From a bacterium (GTDB lineage Bacteria; UBA10199; 2-02-FULL-44-16; JAAZCA01), in NCBI GenBank assembly GCA_021810905.1, contig JAJZQH010000003.1:1897-65896 (forward strand): DNA of 64,000 nt, in the 5' to 3' direction. A model generated the notes under the pieces. It had not been told where the DNA came from. It ran no database searches and worked only from the letters and a program-made list of their open reading frames with translations. This document shows positions 19,175 through 29,811 of the stretch, piece by piece; the first letter of the stretch is position 1; every line of letters starts with the position of its first letter. A program made the translations under genes and the position numbers.

Positions 19175-21808
19175 CTACAGCAACTCTCTCAACACGGAAG
19201 CATATGGACCTTTCGCTATCTTTTCGAGGGCCGAATGCGAGAGCCGCCGGATCCTTTCTTTGCTCAAGCCGAGCATGCCTCCCACTTCCTCATGCGTATG
19301 ACCTGCGAGGTGGCATTGGAGCACTATGATTTTTTCCCTGTCGCTCAATCCCGATCCCTCAATCGCCATGTCGAGTTTCGTGATGGCATCGCTTCGAAGC
19401 GCGAGATGATCCGGCCCGACCTCTCCCAAATCGGTCACCCGGCCTTCCAACGTGAAATCACCATCTTCTTCGTCCAGCGGCGCAGAGAAGGAGACTTCCC
19501 GCCTTGCTGCCGCTCCCCGCTGTATCATCATTTTAAAGAGCGTCAACGAGAGCGAACGCTTGACATAGGTCTCAAAACTCGCGATCGAGGGATCATAGCG
19601 TTGCGCCAGCTTGTGGAGCTCAATCCTTCCTGCCTGGAGAAGCGCCCCAAAGCTCATGTTCGCCCCGCCAAACCTTGTCATCACGGAAGAAGCAATGCCC
19701 GCCATCAACGGCTCATAAAAAAAGATCAGGTGATCGAGTGCCTGCCGGTCGCCGGACTTGGCCATCCAGAGGAGAAGCATCTTCTCACGCTGATCCAGAA
19801 ATATTCCGCCGCCGCTCCTTCGCTTTGTCGTTATCGTCGAATAGACGTCCATCCCATAGTGCGAAAACGCCCAATCGATCATCCGCCCTTCACTTTCTGA
19901 ACCGCGCCACAGATTGCGGAGATAACCATAGAGGCCCATCAATCCCGAGTTCCTCTCTCCAACATGCGAGCGAAAATCTCCCTGCACGATGCCAGCTGCA
20001 TCCTTTGCGCCCGCTTCGCACATCATTCCAGCGAGATAAAAAGCAATGACCGAATCAGGCACGCGGCGCCAGCCCGAGAGCTTCCCGCCTCTCCGCTCAG
20101 CCAGACGAAGCTGCAGCGCAAATGGCATTTCTTCGGCTGCGGATACACCACAATAATCCAGGATTTTATCGACTACCACTCTCGAATCGTCAGGTGTCTT
20201 CCTCAGACTAAAATGCGTGTAGAGACCTTTCAGCGATTGACCGATCTCCGGGACGACCGTACTCTCCATCTCGCGACAGGAAACAAACCTAACGTGAGGC
20301 AGGCCATTGAGTTCCTGCACCCTCTCCATAAGGCGCAGAATCGTCGCGAGGGGAACCTTCTCCCACGGCCAATTCCTGTTATATCGCAAACAGAGGCACT
20401 GTTGTTCGTAGGAAAGATCTTCAAACCTCTCAACTCCGAGTTGATCGAGCATGAAATCCAGCGCAGAACCTCCGTAGCCTTCCGGAACCCTGAGCCAATA
20501 ATGTTCAAGCAAGCCTGAGAGCGTCGCGCCGAGCTCATCGAGCACGATCTCATTCAGTTTCTTACCTGGCATCGCCCTCAGATGCGGACATTTCAAACCG
20601 TTCTGCTCGGGTAAGAGTCCTCTGGCTATCTCCAGCAGTTTCACCTGCGTGGAAGCAGGCATTCTTTCCCATTTTATGAGTTCGCACTCTAGAAGACCCT
20701 TCAGCTGCACATCCCAGGGAAGGATCTCAAATGACGGAACGCCCACATCATCAAGCAGTGCATCGATTATTCTGCGGGCCTCTTTTCCCCGGTTGAGATA
20801 ATTATTATACAGTCCAATCAGTGTAGAACTGAGTTCTGGCATTTCGATGTCCCTGAAGTGGTCGAAAGTCAAAAACCTCGGATGCACAACGCCAGCCTCA
20901 TTCGCCAAGCGAAAAAGCAGATGTCGCTTAAGCTCCACGCTAATTTTATCCCAGTGGATACGCTGATAACGCAGCCCGATGAATCTCGCCTGTTCCGCCA
21001 GAGACAATTCCTCAAACCTCTGCACTCCTAAATGATCGAGCATGAAATCCACGATCCCGCCTGCACCGTGTTCGTCCGTCCACATCCGAGAATAATGTTT
21101 GTAAAGCCCTTGGCACTGCGCTTTCCATCCCGGCAACCTCATTTTGAAATGATCGAATCCCAGCAGGCGAGGATGTGGCAGGTTTTGAACCAGCGCCATC
21201 TGCTCGAGTATTCTGACCTGTGCACTGAGAGAGAGATGAGAGACATTCTTAAAGGGAGCGGAATCAACCCGCAACCGGTCGATCTCTGCCTGAATGCGCA
21301 ACTCCTCCATGGGATGATACGTGTATCGAAAGGAGCCGAGTCCGCGGGTCCCGAATTTCAGGCAGATATCAGCTATGGAGACGCTTGCCCCCTCGATCAG
21401 CGCGAGCGCCGATGCGACGAGCATCTTTGCGGGTTCGAAAGAGAGTATTCCCAGGATATGGGCGTCATGCGCGATAATGATCGCGTGAGAGGGAGAGTCA
21501 AAGCCGTGGAGTTTGAGCGCATCGCGCGTCATCGGGCTGCTCTCGTCGACAAAACGCATTGCTTGCCGATCGAGCGCCCTCCGGATCTCGGCCGGCGTCT
21601 GCCGGTGTGATCCATCTCGCTCCCCGTATTCATCCGCGGACGACGGCGTTGCAGAGTGCTCTTCGGTGTCAACGCCGCAGGATTCAAGCTCCTGGGATTC
21701 GGCGCAGGGCGGTATCTCGTCGAGGGCAGCTGTCTCTTCAGCAAGGACTAAGCTCCCCAACAGCTCCAGCTGCGAAGCGAGGTCTCCTGTAGATTGCAGC
21801 GCGGCCAT
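19175..21808 (-). CDS. Sigma-70-family protein with large N-terminal tandem-repeat domain
   Basis: The C-terminal part has sigma-70 region 2 (LIFFYEPLMAGIASSV...LLQAGRIELHKLAQRYDPSIASFETYVKRSLSLTLF) and region 4 HTH (LSDREKIIVLQCHLAGHTHEEVGGMLGLSKERIRRLSHSALEKI). The N-terminal ~600 aa hold 5 tandem repeats (recurring GLYxxY/FxxR ... D/FMLDxLGVxxFEELS ... LRYxR). An AAGGGGAGG RBS precedes the start. Confidence 0.7.
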   Translation of the reverse strand: MAALQSTGDLASQLELLGSLVLAEETAALDEIPPCAESQELESCGVDTEEHSATPSSADEYGERDGSHRQTPAEIRRALDRQAMRFVDESSPMTRDALKLHGFDSPSHAIIIAHDAHILGILSFEPAKMLVASALALIEGASVSIADICLKFGTRGLGSFRYTYHPMEELRIQAEIDRLRVDSAPFKNVSHLSLSAQVRILEQMALVQNLPHPRLLGFDHFKMRLPGWKAQCQGLYKHYSRMWTDEHGAGGIVDFMLDHLGVQRFEELSLAEQARFIGLRYQRIHWDKISVELKRHLLFRLANEAGVVHPRFLTFDHFRDIEMPELSSTLIGLYNNYLNRGKEARRIIDALLDDVGVPSFEILPWDVQLKGLLECELIKWERMPASTQVKLLEIARGLLPEQNGLKCPHLRAMPGKKLNEIVLDELGATLSGLLEHYWLRVPEGYGGSALDFMLDQLGVERFEDLSYEQQCLCLRYNRNWPWEKVPLATILRLMERVQELNGLPHVRFVSCREMESTVVPEIGQSLKGLYTHFSLRKTPDDSRVVVDKILDYCGVSAAEEMPFALQLRLAERRGGKLSGWRRVPDSVIAFYLAGMMCEAGAKDAAGIVQGDFRSHVGERNSGLMGLYGYLRNLWRGSESEGRMIDWAFSHYGMDVYSTITTKRRSGGGIFLDQREKMLLLWMAKSGDRQALDHLIFFYEPLMAGIASSVMTRFGGANMSFGALLQAGRIELHKLAQRYDPSIASFETYVKRSLSLTLFKMMIQRGAAARREVSFSAPLDEEDGDFTLEGRVTDLGEVGPDHLALRSDAITKLDMAIEGSGLSDREKIIVLQCHLAGHTHEEVGGMLGLSKERIRRLSHSALEKIAKGPYASVLRELL

Positions 21809-21876
21809 GCCTCCCCTTATACGACGCCGCGGAGATATTCAACTACCCATTAAAAATTTCCCGTGCGACCGGTAGG

Positions 21877-21894
21877 AATTTTTCACGGATTATC
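21877..21894 (-). promoter_or_regulatory. Conserved 18-nt AT-rich motif (copy 2) upstream of sigma-like gene
   Basis: Exact repeat of AATTTTTCACGGATTATC, 69-86 nt upstream of the 21808 start. It overlaps the stop of the upstream gene. Confidence 0.35.
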
Positions 21895-23021
21895 GGAGCG
21901 CCGTCGTCGGAAATCCTCGAGAAATTCCGCTAGAGGCATTTTGAATTCGCCTGATCCGCCGTTCGCCATCGAGTTCCGCCACATCAATCCAGCAAGGCGC
22001 TGCTGAACGCCCTCGTCCTCTATGACGAGCGCTTCCAGGAGCAGGTTGCGACCGCCTTGCGCGCAGTTCGAGAGAATGAATAAGAGCGGGGCATCATTGC
22101 GCATTTCAAGACGTTCCCGCATCTTTCGCAGATTTGCGAGCAGCGAATTGAAAACCTTCACCGCATTCTTGTTGCCGATGAAGACAATATCGCGGTTCAT
22201 CAAACCGCCCAATCCAGGGGTTTCGCCGGTTTTCAGCCAAAGCTCAAGAGAGCAGCGAAAGCCGTGCTCCCCATAGACCGTCGCAAATCCGGGTCGCAGC
22301 TCAAAGCCCGCGTACCTCATCATCTCGAAGAGCGCTACGTGGAACCCTGGTCTCCACGTATCGTCATCAAAGACGATGAGCATGGAACCGCCTTCCGAGA
22401 TCCGCCTTTCGCATCCGCACAGGAGCTCATGCATCCTGGTGAGGTACATACGATCGAATGTGTGCAGGGGATCCATCTCCCAGTCCATCGCCTCAGGGTG
22501 TACCCACGTCACCAGATCAAAGGTCTCAAGAGAGTCGCCATCATCCGCAAGGCCCTCAATAAATCCGGATTGCACCATCCCACATCCGTCTCCGGCACGG
22601 ACCTGATGAATCTTTCCCTCAGGATCGTCCCCAAGAGCGCACTGAAACTCTTTGAGATTGATCCTGGCGCCCTCCAATTTCCAACTCAAGACATCAAATC
22701 CGATAGTCTTCACGAGACCCGGAAGCGCCAGTCTCATCCCCAAATTCTCGTACCATTTCCCCGCGCCGACCGAAAGTACGGTGCGCGCCTCACACTTCTT
22801 TCCGACTTCCTGATAGAGGAGTATTTGCGCGGTATCGTAATACAATCTTGGGACGAGTTCGTCGGCGCCTCCGCCATTATAGAAATGTTGATAGAGCCTC
22901 AGCAGATCATACCGCTGCGCAGCGACAAGCTGTTCGACCGAGAAGTGATCTCTGCTTGCAGACAGTGCCCGCGGCACTGAGTCCCTCAACTCGATATTTT
23001 TTTGAATCCATTGCGGGAGTT
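21883..23021 (-). CDS. Class I SAM-dependent methyltransferase-like protein (5' end uncertain; ORF runs through a MITE copy up to 23403)
   Basis: Glycine-rich motif I VLSVGAGKW and a methyltransferase-fold-like core. Residues about 90-130 of the predicted ORF are encoded by the repeat element at 23022..23151. Confidence 0.5.
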
Positions 23022-23151
23022 CAATGAGATGGTTCCCCGCAGCTTGCTGCGGGGTTTCCGCCACCATCTCCCTTGAGGGGAGAGGGAAGGGTGAGGGTGA
23101 TCGTCGATGTTGCCGGTGATACCCCGCGGCTTGCCGCGGGGAGCATTCATT
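23022..23151 (-). mobile_element. MITE/REP-like palindromic element, copy A (reverse orientation)
   Basis: Reverse complement of the ~125-150-bp element found at 46752, 52424 and 55828. Shares the terminal hairpins (CCCCGCGGCAAGCCGCGGGG, CCCCGCAGCAAGCTGCGGGG), the central hairpin (CCCTCTCCCCTCAAGGGAGAGGG) and the imperfect TIRs (TAATGAATG...CTCATTGA) with the other three copies. Confidence 0.7.
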
Positions 23152-23472
23152 TTCCGGAGCCGACTGTTCGCGATCGCGCGTGACTGGCAGTCGCGGAGTA
23201 ACCGGCCCAGGCGCGCCACGATATTGATCGCCAACCGCCACATATTCCGACGCCACGTCATTCAGGCATATACCCTGACGGGAATCGGGCAGCGGTATAA
23301 TATCATCGTCGCAGACCACGAACACTTCCTCTGCACCGGATTCCTCTGCAGGCAGCCCGTCTGCCGCGGCCATTACATCGAGATTTAACGGTTTTACGGT
23401 CATATATCTCCTGCCCTGACGACATGGACGTTATCGCAGAATTCCTGAAAAAGTTGCTCGATATTCGCACCC

Positions 23473-23630
23473 AAATCCGACACTTGAATTATCACTCAAA
23501 TCCTCCCTCCCTTGATGGGAGGGAGTTTGAGGGAGGGTGACCATGAAGACTTTCGTCACCCAAGGAATGAGTACCACCCTCTCCCTAACCCTCTCCCATC
23601 AAGGGAGAGGGAATTTTTTGTGTCGGATTT
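23473..23630. mobile_element. Second TIR-bounded palindromic element (single copy in window)
   Basis: 11-bp perfect terminal inverted repeats AAATCCGACAC / GTGTCGGATTT. Internal hairpins CCTCCCTCCCTTGATGGGAGGGAG and CCCTCTCCCATCAAGGGAGAGGG; the latter is nearly identical to the central hairpin of the 4-copy element. Confidence 0.55.
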
Positions 23631-23695
23631 CAGCGCAAAAAAACCCGCAACTTCTTCCCGGCTGCAGCCGATACACGCCGTAATCGAGGAATTCA

Positions 23696-25210
23696 ATGAG
23701 CACTACATTCACTCCAGGTATCGGCGGTTTTCCCGGCGTGATTTCGCCGCAGGAAGGCGTGGATAGCGTCATCCTAACCTCTACGGGCGATTATGACTTC
23801 GCCTGCGAACGCCCGGCGGAGGATGCTGCCGGCGGAAATCTCGGACTCATCGCCATCGACCACGCGCTCGAAGATGCCGGATTTGATCCGGAAAAGATCA
23901 GCACCATCTATCGCGGGAAAAAACGCAGGCCTCATCTCGATACTGAACGTACGCGGATCGTGGAAGGAATGCGCGCATTGGGCGCCGGAGAAAAAGGCGC
24001 GGTCATAGGCATCTCCACCACGACCGACGAATATTTCAGATTTGCCCCGCTCGCAAAACTCCTCAGAATGGCGTTTCCGGACGCCACCCTCATCGCGGGC
24101 GGGGCGCACTTCGTGCGCGAGCGCATCGGCGGATTCGCGGACCCGGTAGAGACTGCGCTCATGATGGGGCTGGTTGACGCCGTTGTGGTGGGACACGCGC
24201 AGCCGTTCGTAGACCTGGTCGTCAAGCACGGAGGCAGAATCGAAGAGGTCGATGCGCCTGGCTTCTATCGGCTCGATCCTGTTTCAAAGCGCGTCACGGG
24301 TCGCGGCAAGGGGAAATTTCCCGACCTGAACAAACTCACTCTTCTCTACGATCCGGTGTCGATGGGCATCCGCACGATGCTCGCCGACGGCTGCAGAAAC
24401 GGCTGCAATTTCTGCACGGTGGCGGGCAGGCCGGTCGCGCTCTTCGATCCCGAGATCGTCGTCAGGGACTTAAGCGCCGCACTACTTGAGCATCAGGACT
24501 TTCGCATCTCGCTCTATGATTCCAATCCGCTCGAACCCGCGCTTCGGAATTTCTATCGCAGCGTCTTTCTGGCGCTTGATGAAACAAACCAGTCCCGAAA
24601 ATTCGCCTATATCGATCCTGCCACGCTGGCCCACGATTTTCTGGAATCTCTGAACACCATATCGTTCGGCACGATCTGGTCCTTCAACGCGGGCCGCGAC
24701 GCGGTAACCGAGAAGCAGGCACGCGCGATCGGCACGAGGTATAAAGGAAAATATAAGGACCAGCGGATGCTCGACGCGGAGAAGAAGGCGCTGATCGAAT
24801 TCATCGATGCCATGAAGATGCTGAAAAAGCTCTATCCCGAAGAGCCGCCGTTCGGCCTGATGCTCTCCTATATCGTGACGCCGTTTGAAACCAGGCAGTC
24901 GGCGATGGCGATGTACGAAGAGATGCGCGAGTTCCTGGCGCTGGCCGACAAATCGATCGTGTTCCGCTTCGCCGTGCATGCCCTCAGGCCCTATCCGGGA
25001 ACGACCCTCAGAAATAAATATTCGAGTGTCATCGACATGGAAGAATTCAATTTCCGCCTCGACCTGGGCGACAGGATCTCGCCGTGGAAGAAGGGCGCGG
25101 CCCCAGCCCTCGCCTTTCATCGTGCAGTGACGATGATTCCCCCGGTCAACGATCAGACAGACTACCTCAAGGCCTTCAAGCGCGCCATTAACACTCATCT
25201 TCCCCGGTGA
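23696..25210 (+). CDS. B12-binding-domain radical SAM protein (paralog 1)
   Basis: CX3CX2C motif DGCRNGCNFC with an N-terminal B12-binding-like domain (GISTTTDEY...IAGGAHFVRERIGGFADPVE). About 45-50% identical to 31766..33244. Confidence 0.8.
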   Translation: MSTTFTPGIGGFPGVISPQEGVDSVILTSTGDYDFACERPAEDAAGGNLGLIAIDHALEDAGFDPEKISTIYRGKKRRPHLDTERTRIVEGMRALGAGEKGAVIGISTTTDEYFRFAPLAKLLRMAFPDATLIAGGAHFVRERIGGFADPVETALMMGLVDAVVVGHAQPFVDLVVKHGGRIEEVDAPGFYRLDPVSKRVTGRGKGKFPDLNKLTLLYDPVSMGIRTMLADGCRNGCNFCTVAGRPVALFDPEIVVRDLSAALLEHQDFRISLYDSNPLEPALRNFYRSVFLALDETNQSRKFAYIDPATLAHDFLESLNTISFGTIWSFNAGRDAVTEKQARAIGTRYKGKYKDQRMLDAEKKALIEFIDAMKMLKKLYPEEPPFGLMLSYIVTPFETRQSAMAMYEEMREFLALADKSIVFRFAVHALRPYPGTTLRNKYSSVIDMEEFNFRLDLGDRISPWKKGAAPALAFHRAVTMIPPVNDQTDYLKAFKRAINTHLPR

Positions 25211-25408
25211 TCGGAAGATCGCTTTCTTCGATAAAGACGCACTCGCAGAGCTCCTTAAATAATTCGACTTGAATTCATTATCAGGGAGTCTAGAATCCGC
25301 CCCATTCATAACCTTTCCCGATTGTTCTCAGCTTAAACGGTTGAACTATGTATGGGCATTCAGGCGTCCAATTGTACGGGTACATGTGGCGAGAGGAGTT
25401 AACGAATC

Positions 25409-27145
25409 ATGCAGAATGCGGGCATATTCTTTGACGTCGCAGAGATCGCATCGTTTCTTGTCATCCTCACCTTACTTGTGAAGCCGCTGGGCGTCTACAT
25501 GGCGCGGGTCTTTGAGGGCGAGAAGGTCCTGCTGAGCCCCGTGATTTCCCCGATAGAGCGGCTCATCTGCCGCATCGCCGGCATCCGACGCGACGACGAG
25601 ATGGACTGGAAGCAATACGCGCTCTCCATGCTCGTCTTCAATGCATTGGGAATCGCCGTGTTACTTGCGATCCTTCTCCTGCAGGGGATGTTACCGCTGA
25701 ACCCGCAGCACCTCCCCGCGTTTTCCTGGGACCTTGCGATCAACACGGCCGTGAGCTTTGTCTCCAATACGAACTGGCAGGCCTACGGCGGCGAATCCGC
25801 CGCGAGTTACGCCACGCAGATGGCGGGCCTCACCGTGCAGAACTTCCTCTCCGCCTCAACCGGCATCGCGGTCGCAATCGCGCTCATCCGCGGGTTCGCG
25901 CGGAGATCGGCGCAGACGATCGGCAACTTCTGGCTCGATATCACAAGATGCGCGCTCTACGTCCTCCTTCCGCTGGCATTCGTATTTTCTATATTTCTCG
26001 TATCGCAAGGCGTGATCCAGAACTTCAGTCAGCCCGTGAAGGCGTCGCTCGTGGAGCAGTATCACTCATCGGAGGAAAAGGTAGTTTCCGAACAGATCAT
26101 CCCGATGGGACCCGTGGCGTCTCAGGAAGCGATCAAGATGCTTGGCACAAACGGCGGCGGTTACTTCAACGCCAACTCCGCGCACCCGTTCGAGAATCCC
26201 ACCCCGCTGACGAATTTTTTTGAAATCCTCATGATGGCGCTCATCGCCGCATCCCTCACCGCTACGTTCGGATACATGGTGGGCGACTCAAAGCAGGGCT
26301 GGGCCATCTATACTGCGATGATGATCATCTTCATCGCCGCGATCGGCATACTCTACTGGGCCGAGGCGAGCGGCAATCCCATACTGCACGGTCTTGGCGC
26401 CTACGGACCGTCGATGGAGGGAAAAGAGGTGCGCATGGGCCTCGGAGGCACAACCCTCTTCAGCGCGACGACCACCGCGGAATCTTGCGGCGCTGTAAAC
26501 GCCATGCACGATTCGCTCACGCCCGTCGGCGGCATGGTCTCGATGACGCTCATGCTCCTGGGAGAGGTGGTGCTGGGCGGCGTCGGCTCCGGCCTCTATA
26601 CCATGCTCGCATTTGCGATCACCGCGGTATTCATAGCAGGTCTCATGATCGGCAGGACGCCGGAGTATCTGGGCAAGAAGATCGAGGTCTTTGAGATCTG
26701 GTCGTCCATGACCACGATCCTCTCCGCGGGAATAGTTGTACTCGTCACCGTGGCTATTGCGCTGAGCACCGAGGCAGGGCTCTCCTCTATCATGAATCCC
26801 GGCGCGCACGGGCTCTCCGAAATCCTCTATGCTTACGCGTCGGCTGCGAATAACAACGGGAGCGCATTCGCCGGGCTCAACGCCAACACAGTCTTCTACA
26901 ATCTGACGACCGCCGCGGCTATGCTCGTGGGGAGGTTCGTACCGGCGGTTGCGGTGCTTGCGCTGTCCGGGTCGCTCGTGAAGAAGAAATACATCCCTCC
27001 GAGCGCCGGCACGCTGCCCACGCACCAGACGGCCTTCGTACTCTGGCTCGTGATCGTGGTGATGATCGTGGGCGCGCTCACGTACTTTCCCGCGTTGTCG
27101 CTGGGTCCGATCATCGAACATATAATAATGAATGGAGTCCGGTGA
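25409..27145 (+). CDS. kdpA: Potassium-transporting ATPase subunit KdpA
   Basis: Full-length KdpA-like membrane protein starting [20 protein letters not shown]. Confidence 0.9.
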   Translation: MQNAGIFFDVAEIASFLVILTLLVKPLGVYMARVFEGEKVLLSPVISPIERLICRIAGIRRDDEMDWKQYALSMLVFNALGIAVLLAILLLQGMLPLNPQHLPAFSWDLAINTAVSFVSNTNWQAYGGESAASYATQMAGLTVQNFLSASTGIAVAIALIRGFARRSAQTIGNFWLDITRCALYVLLPLAFVFSIFLVSQGVIQNFSQPVKASLVEQYHSSEEKVVSEQIIPMGPVASQEAIKMLGTNGGGYFNANSAHPFENPTPLTNFFEILMMALIAASLTATFGYMVGDSKQGWAIYTAMMIIFIAAIGILYWAEASGNPILHGLGAYGPSMEGKEVRMGLGGTTLFSATTTAESCGAVNAMHDSLTPVGGMVSMTLMLLGEVVLGGVGSGLYTMLAFAITAVFIAGLMIGRTPEYLGKKIEVFEIWSSMTTILSAGIVVLVTVAIALSTEAGLSSIMNPGAHGLSEILYAYASAANNNGSAFAGLNANTVFYNLTTAAAMLVGRFVPAVAVLALSGSLVKKKYIPPSAGTLPTHQTAFVLWLVIVVMIVGALTYFPALSLGPIIEHIIMNGVR

Positions 27146-27146
27146 C

Positions 27147-29213
27147 ATGGATATTATTCAGAAAAAATCCCATAAATTTTTTCAAAAGGCGCTCCTCTGG
27201 TCCGCGTTCCTCGATTCGCTCAGGAAGCTCTCGCCCAGGCACCTATTGAGAAATCCGGTCATGCTCGCGGTGGAGCTTGGCAGCGTCGTCACGACCGTGA
27301 ATTTCGTCGTCGGATTTTTTTCCAGACCTGCCGATCCGGCATGGTTCACCGGCCTAGTCTCCGTCTGGCTCTGGCTCACGGTCCTGTTTTCGACTTTCGC
27401 GGAATCGCTCGCCGAGGGCAGAGGCAAGGCCCAGGCCGACTCGCTGCGAAAGACGCGTACGGAGGTAATGGCCAAGAAGTTGAAAAGACCGGAACCCGGC
27501 GCCGAATATTCCCTCGTTCCTTCGGACAAACTCATGAAGGGCGACTTCGTCCTCGTAGAGGCGAACGACCCGATTCCCAGCGACGGCGAAGTGATCGAAG
27601 GCGCCGCGCTCGTGGACGAGTCGGCCGTCACCGGGGAATCGGCGCCGGTCGTGCGCGAATCGGGCGGGGACCGGAGCGCCGTCACAGGCGGCACCAAGGT
27701 CATCTCCAACCACATCATCGTGCGCATAACGGTGGACCCCGGTGAGACGTTCCTCGACAGGATGATATGCATGGTCGAGGGCGCGAAAAGGCGCAAGACG
27801 CCGAACGAAGTCGCGCTCGAAGCGCTCCTCCTCGCAATCACCGTGGTCTTTCTGCTCGTCGTGGTGAATCTCAATCCGCTCTCCGCGTACAGCGCGCACG
27901 TGGCCGGCCGCGGTAGCGCGGTCTCGCTCACGGTGCTCGTCGCGCTCTTCGTCTGTCTCGCGCCGACTACCATCGCTGCGCTGCTGCCGGCTATCGGCAT
28001 CGCCGGAATGGATCGCCTCTTTCAGCGCAACGTGATAGCGCTCTCAGGCAAGGCGATCGAGGCCGCGGGAGACGTGAACGTGCTTCTGCTCGACAAAACC
28101 GGCACGATCACGCTCGGCAACCGGCAGGCGGTGGAATTCACGCCGCTCGGCGAGCACACCGATCACGAAGTCGCGGAGGCGTCGCTCATGGCGTCTCTCA
28201 CGGACGAGACGCCCGAGGGCCGAAGCATCGTCGTGCTCGCAAAGCAGAAGTACAATCTGCGCATGCACGAGATGCCTGCTGGAGCCCGCTCCATCCCGTT
28301 CACCGCGCAGAATCGGATGAGCGGCATCGACGTCGACGGGCAGTCTTATCGCAAGGGTGCGCCCGACTCTATCGCAAAGAGCATCGCGAGTCAGGGAAAG
28401 TCCGTACCCGATGGGCTGGATCGCTGCCTCGCGGATATAGAGGGCACCGGTGGCACACCGCTGGTCGTGATGAAAAATGACGAAGTCATCGGCGTGATCC
28501 ACTTGAAGGACATCGTCAAGGGTGGAATCCAGGAGAGATTCGCGGCGCTGCGCAAGATGGGGATCATGACGACGATGATCACCGGCGACAGCTACCTCAC
28601 CGCAGCCACTATCGCTGCCGAGGCCGGCGTGGACGATTTCCAGGCGCAGGCTAAGCCGGAGCAGAAGCTGCACTGGATACGCGGCTATCAGGCCAACGGA
28701 TACATGGTCGCCATGACAGGCGACGGAACGAACGACGCGCCGGCGCTCGCGCAGGCGGACGTCGCCGTTGCGATGAACACGGGCACGCAGGCCGCACGCG
28801 AGGCCGCCAACATCATCGACCTCGATTCCAATCCCACCAAGCTCATGGATATCGTGGAGATCGGAAAGCAGCTGCTCATGACGAGGGGCTCGCTCACCAC
28901 GTTCAGCATCGCCAACGACATTGCAAAATACTTCGCCATCATCCCCGCGGCGCTCTTCACCATCTATCCGCAACTGGGCGTGCTTGGACTGATGCGCCTG
29001 GCTAACCCGCATACGGCGATACTCTCCGCGGTCATTTTCAACGCGATCGTTATACCGCTGCTCATACCGCTGGCGCTCAAGGGCGTGAAATACCGGCCGA
29101 TGCCCGCGGAGAAGCTTTTGATCTACAACCTGCTCGTCTTCGGTGCGGGCGGCATAATCGCGCCGTTCATAGGCATAAAGCTTATCGACATGGCGATATC
29201 GCTGTTCGTTTGA
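27147..29213 (+). CDS. kdpB: Potassium-transporting P-type ATPase subunit KdpB
   Basis: P-type ATPase motifs DKTGTIT and [12 protein letters not shown], KdpB-like N-terminus ([11 protein letters not shown]). Confidence 0.9.
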   Translation: MDIIQKKSHKFFQKALLWSAFLDSLRKLSPRHLLRNPVMLAVELGSVVTTVNFVVGFFSRPADPAWFTGLVSVWLWLTVLFSTFAESLAEGRGKAQADSLRKTRTEVMAKKLKRPEPGAEYSLVPSDKLMKGDFVLVEANDPIPSDGEVIEGAALVDESAVTGESAPVVRESGGDRSAVTGGTKVISNHIIVRITVDPGETFLDRMICMVEGAKRRKTPNEVALEALLLAITVVFLLVVVNLNPLSAYSAHVAGRGSAVSLTVLVALFVCLAPTTIAALLPAIGIAGMDRLFQRNVIALSGKAIEAAGDVNVLLLDKTGTITLGNRQAVEFTPLGEHTDHEVAEASLMASLTDETPEGRSIVVLAKQKYNLRMHEMPAGARSIPFTAQNRMSGIDVDGQSYRKGAPDSIAKSIASQGKSVPDGLDRCLADIEGTGGTPLVVMKNDEVIGVIHLKDIVKGGIQERFAALRKMGIMTTMITGDSYLTAATIAAEAGVDDFQAQAKPEQKLHWIRGYQANGYMVAMTGDGTNDAPALAQADVAVAMNTGTQAAREAANIIDLDSNPTKLMDIVEIGKQLLMTRGSLTTFSIANDIAKYFAIIPAALFTIYPQLGVLGLMRLANPHTAILSAVIFNAIVIPLLIPLALKGVKYRPMPAEKLLIYNLLVFGAGGIIAPFIGIKLIDMAISLFV

Positions 29214-29214
29214 G

Positions 29215-29811
29215 GTGAATGAAATGCGAAGAATAAAAACCGCACTGATCCTCTTTGCGCTGCTGGCGATAATAACCGGCGGAATCTATCCGGCGATCGT
29301 TACGCTCGTCGCGCGAACGGCGTTTCCCGCTGCGGCACGCGGCAGCCTGATCTTTGATGCCGGCGGCAACGTGCTCGGTTCCTCGCTCATCGGTCAGCAA
29401 TTCTCGGATGCGAAATACTTCTGGCCGCGGCCATCGTCCACGGCGGATCATCCGTACAACGCGATGGCCTCCGGCGGCTCGCAGCTCGGGCCCACCAATC
29501 CCGAACTCGCCCGCGAAGTATCGGAGAGGATTGACGCGCTGAAGGCCGCCGGCGTCTCCGCGCCCTTTCCTTCGGATCTCGTGACTTCGTCCGCAAGCGG
29601 TCTCGATCCGCACATCTCGCCTGAAGCGGCGCTGGTACAGATACCCCGCGTAGCAAAGGCGCGCGGAATGAACGAAGATGATATTCGCTCGATCGTCTTT
29701 AGAATGATCGAGGATCGGGCGCTGGGATTTATCGGAGCGCCGCGCGTCAACGTGCTTCAGCTCAATATCAAGCTGGGCGACATGGAAGGCAAAGCTTATG
29801 GGAAACGATGA
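29215..29811 (+). CDS. kdpC: Potassium-transporting ATPase subunit KdpC
   Basis: Single-TM KdpC-like protein (GGIYPAIVTLVA...GQQFSDAKYFWPRPS). Confidence 0.85.
   Translation: MNEMRRIKTALILFALLAIITGGIYPAIVTLVARTAFPAAARGSLIFDAGGNVLGSSLIGQQFSDAKYFWPRPSSTADHPYNAMASGGSQLGPTNPELAREVSERIDALKAAGVSAPFPSDLVTSSASGLDPHISPEAALVQIPRVAKARGMNEDDIRSIVFRMIEDRALGFIGAPRVNVLQLNIKLGDMEGKAYGKR

Noticed and set aside
25211-25408. Possible kdpF mini-ORF or c-di-AMP (ydaO-type) riboswitch in the kdpA leader
   Set aside because: No short hydrophobic ORF was found (the ATG at about 25349 gives a polar peptide). Only a vague GAATCCGCCCC resemblance to the riboswitch, not enough to call by eye.
27341-29012. Arg-rich ORFs inside kdpB (27341..27745 +, 27354..27899 -, 28044..29012 -)
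   Set aside because: Alternative-frame artifacts of a GC-rich, well-conserved P-type ATPase gene.
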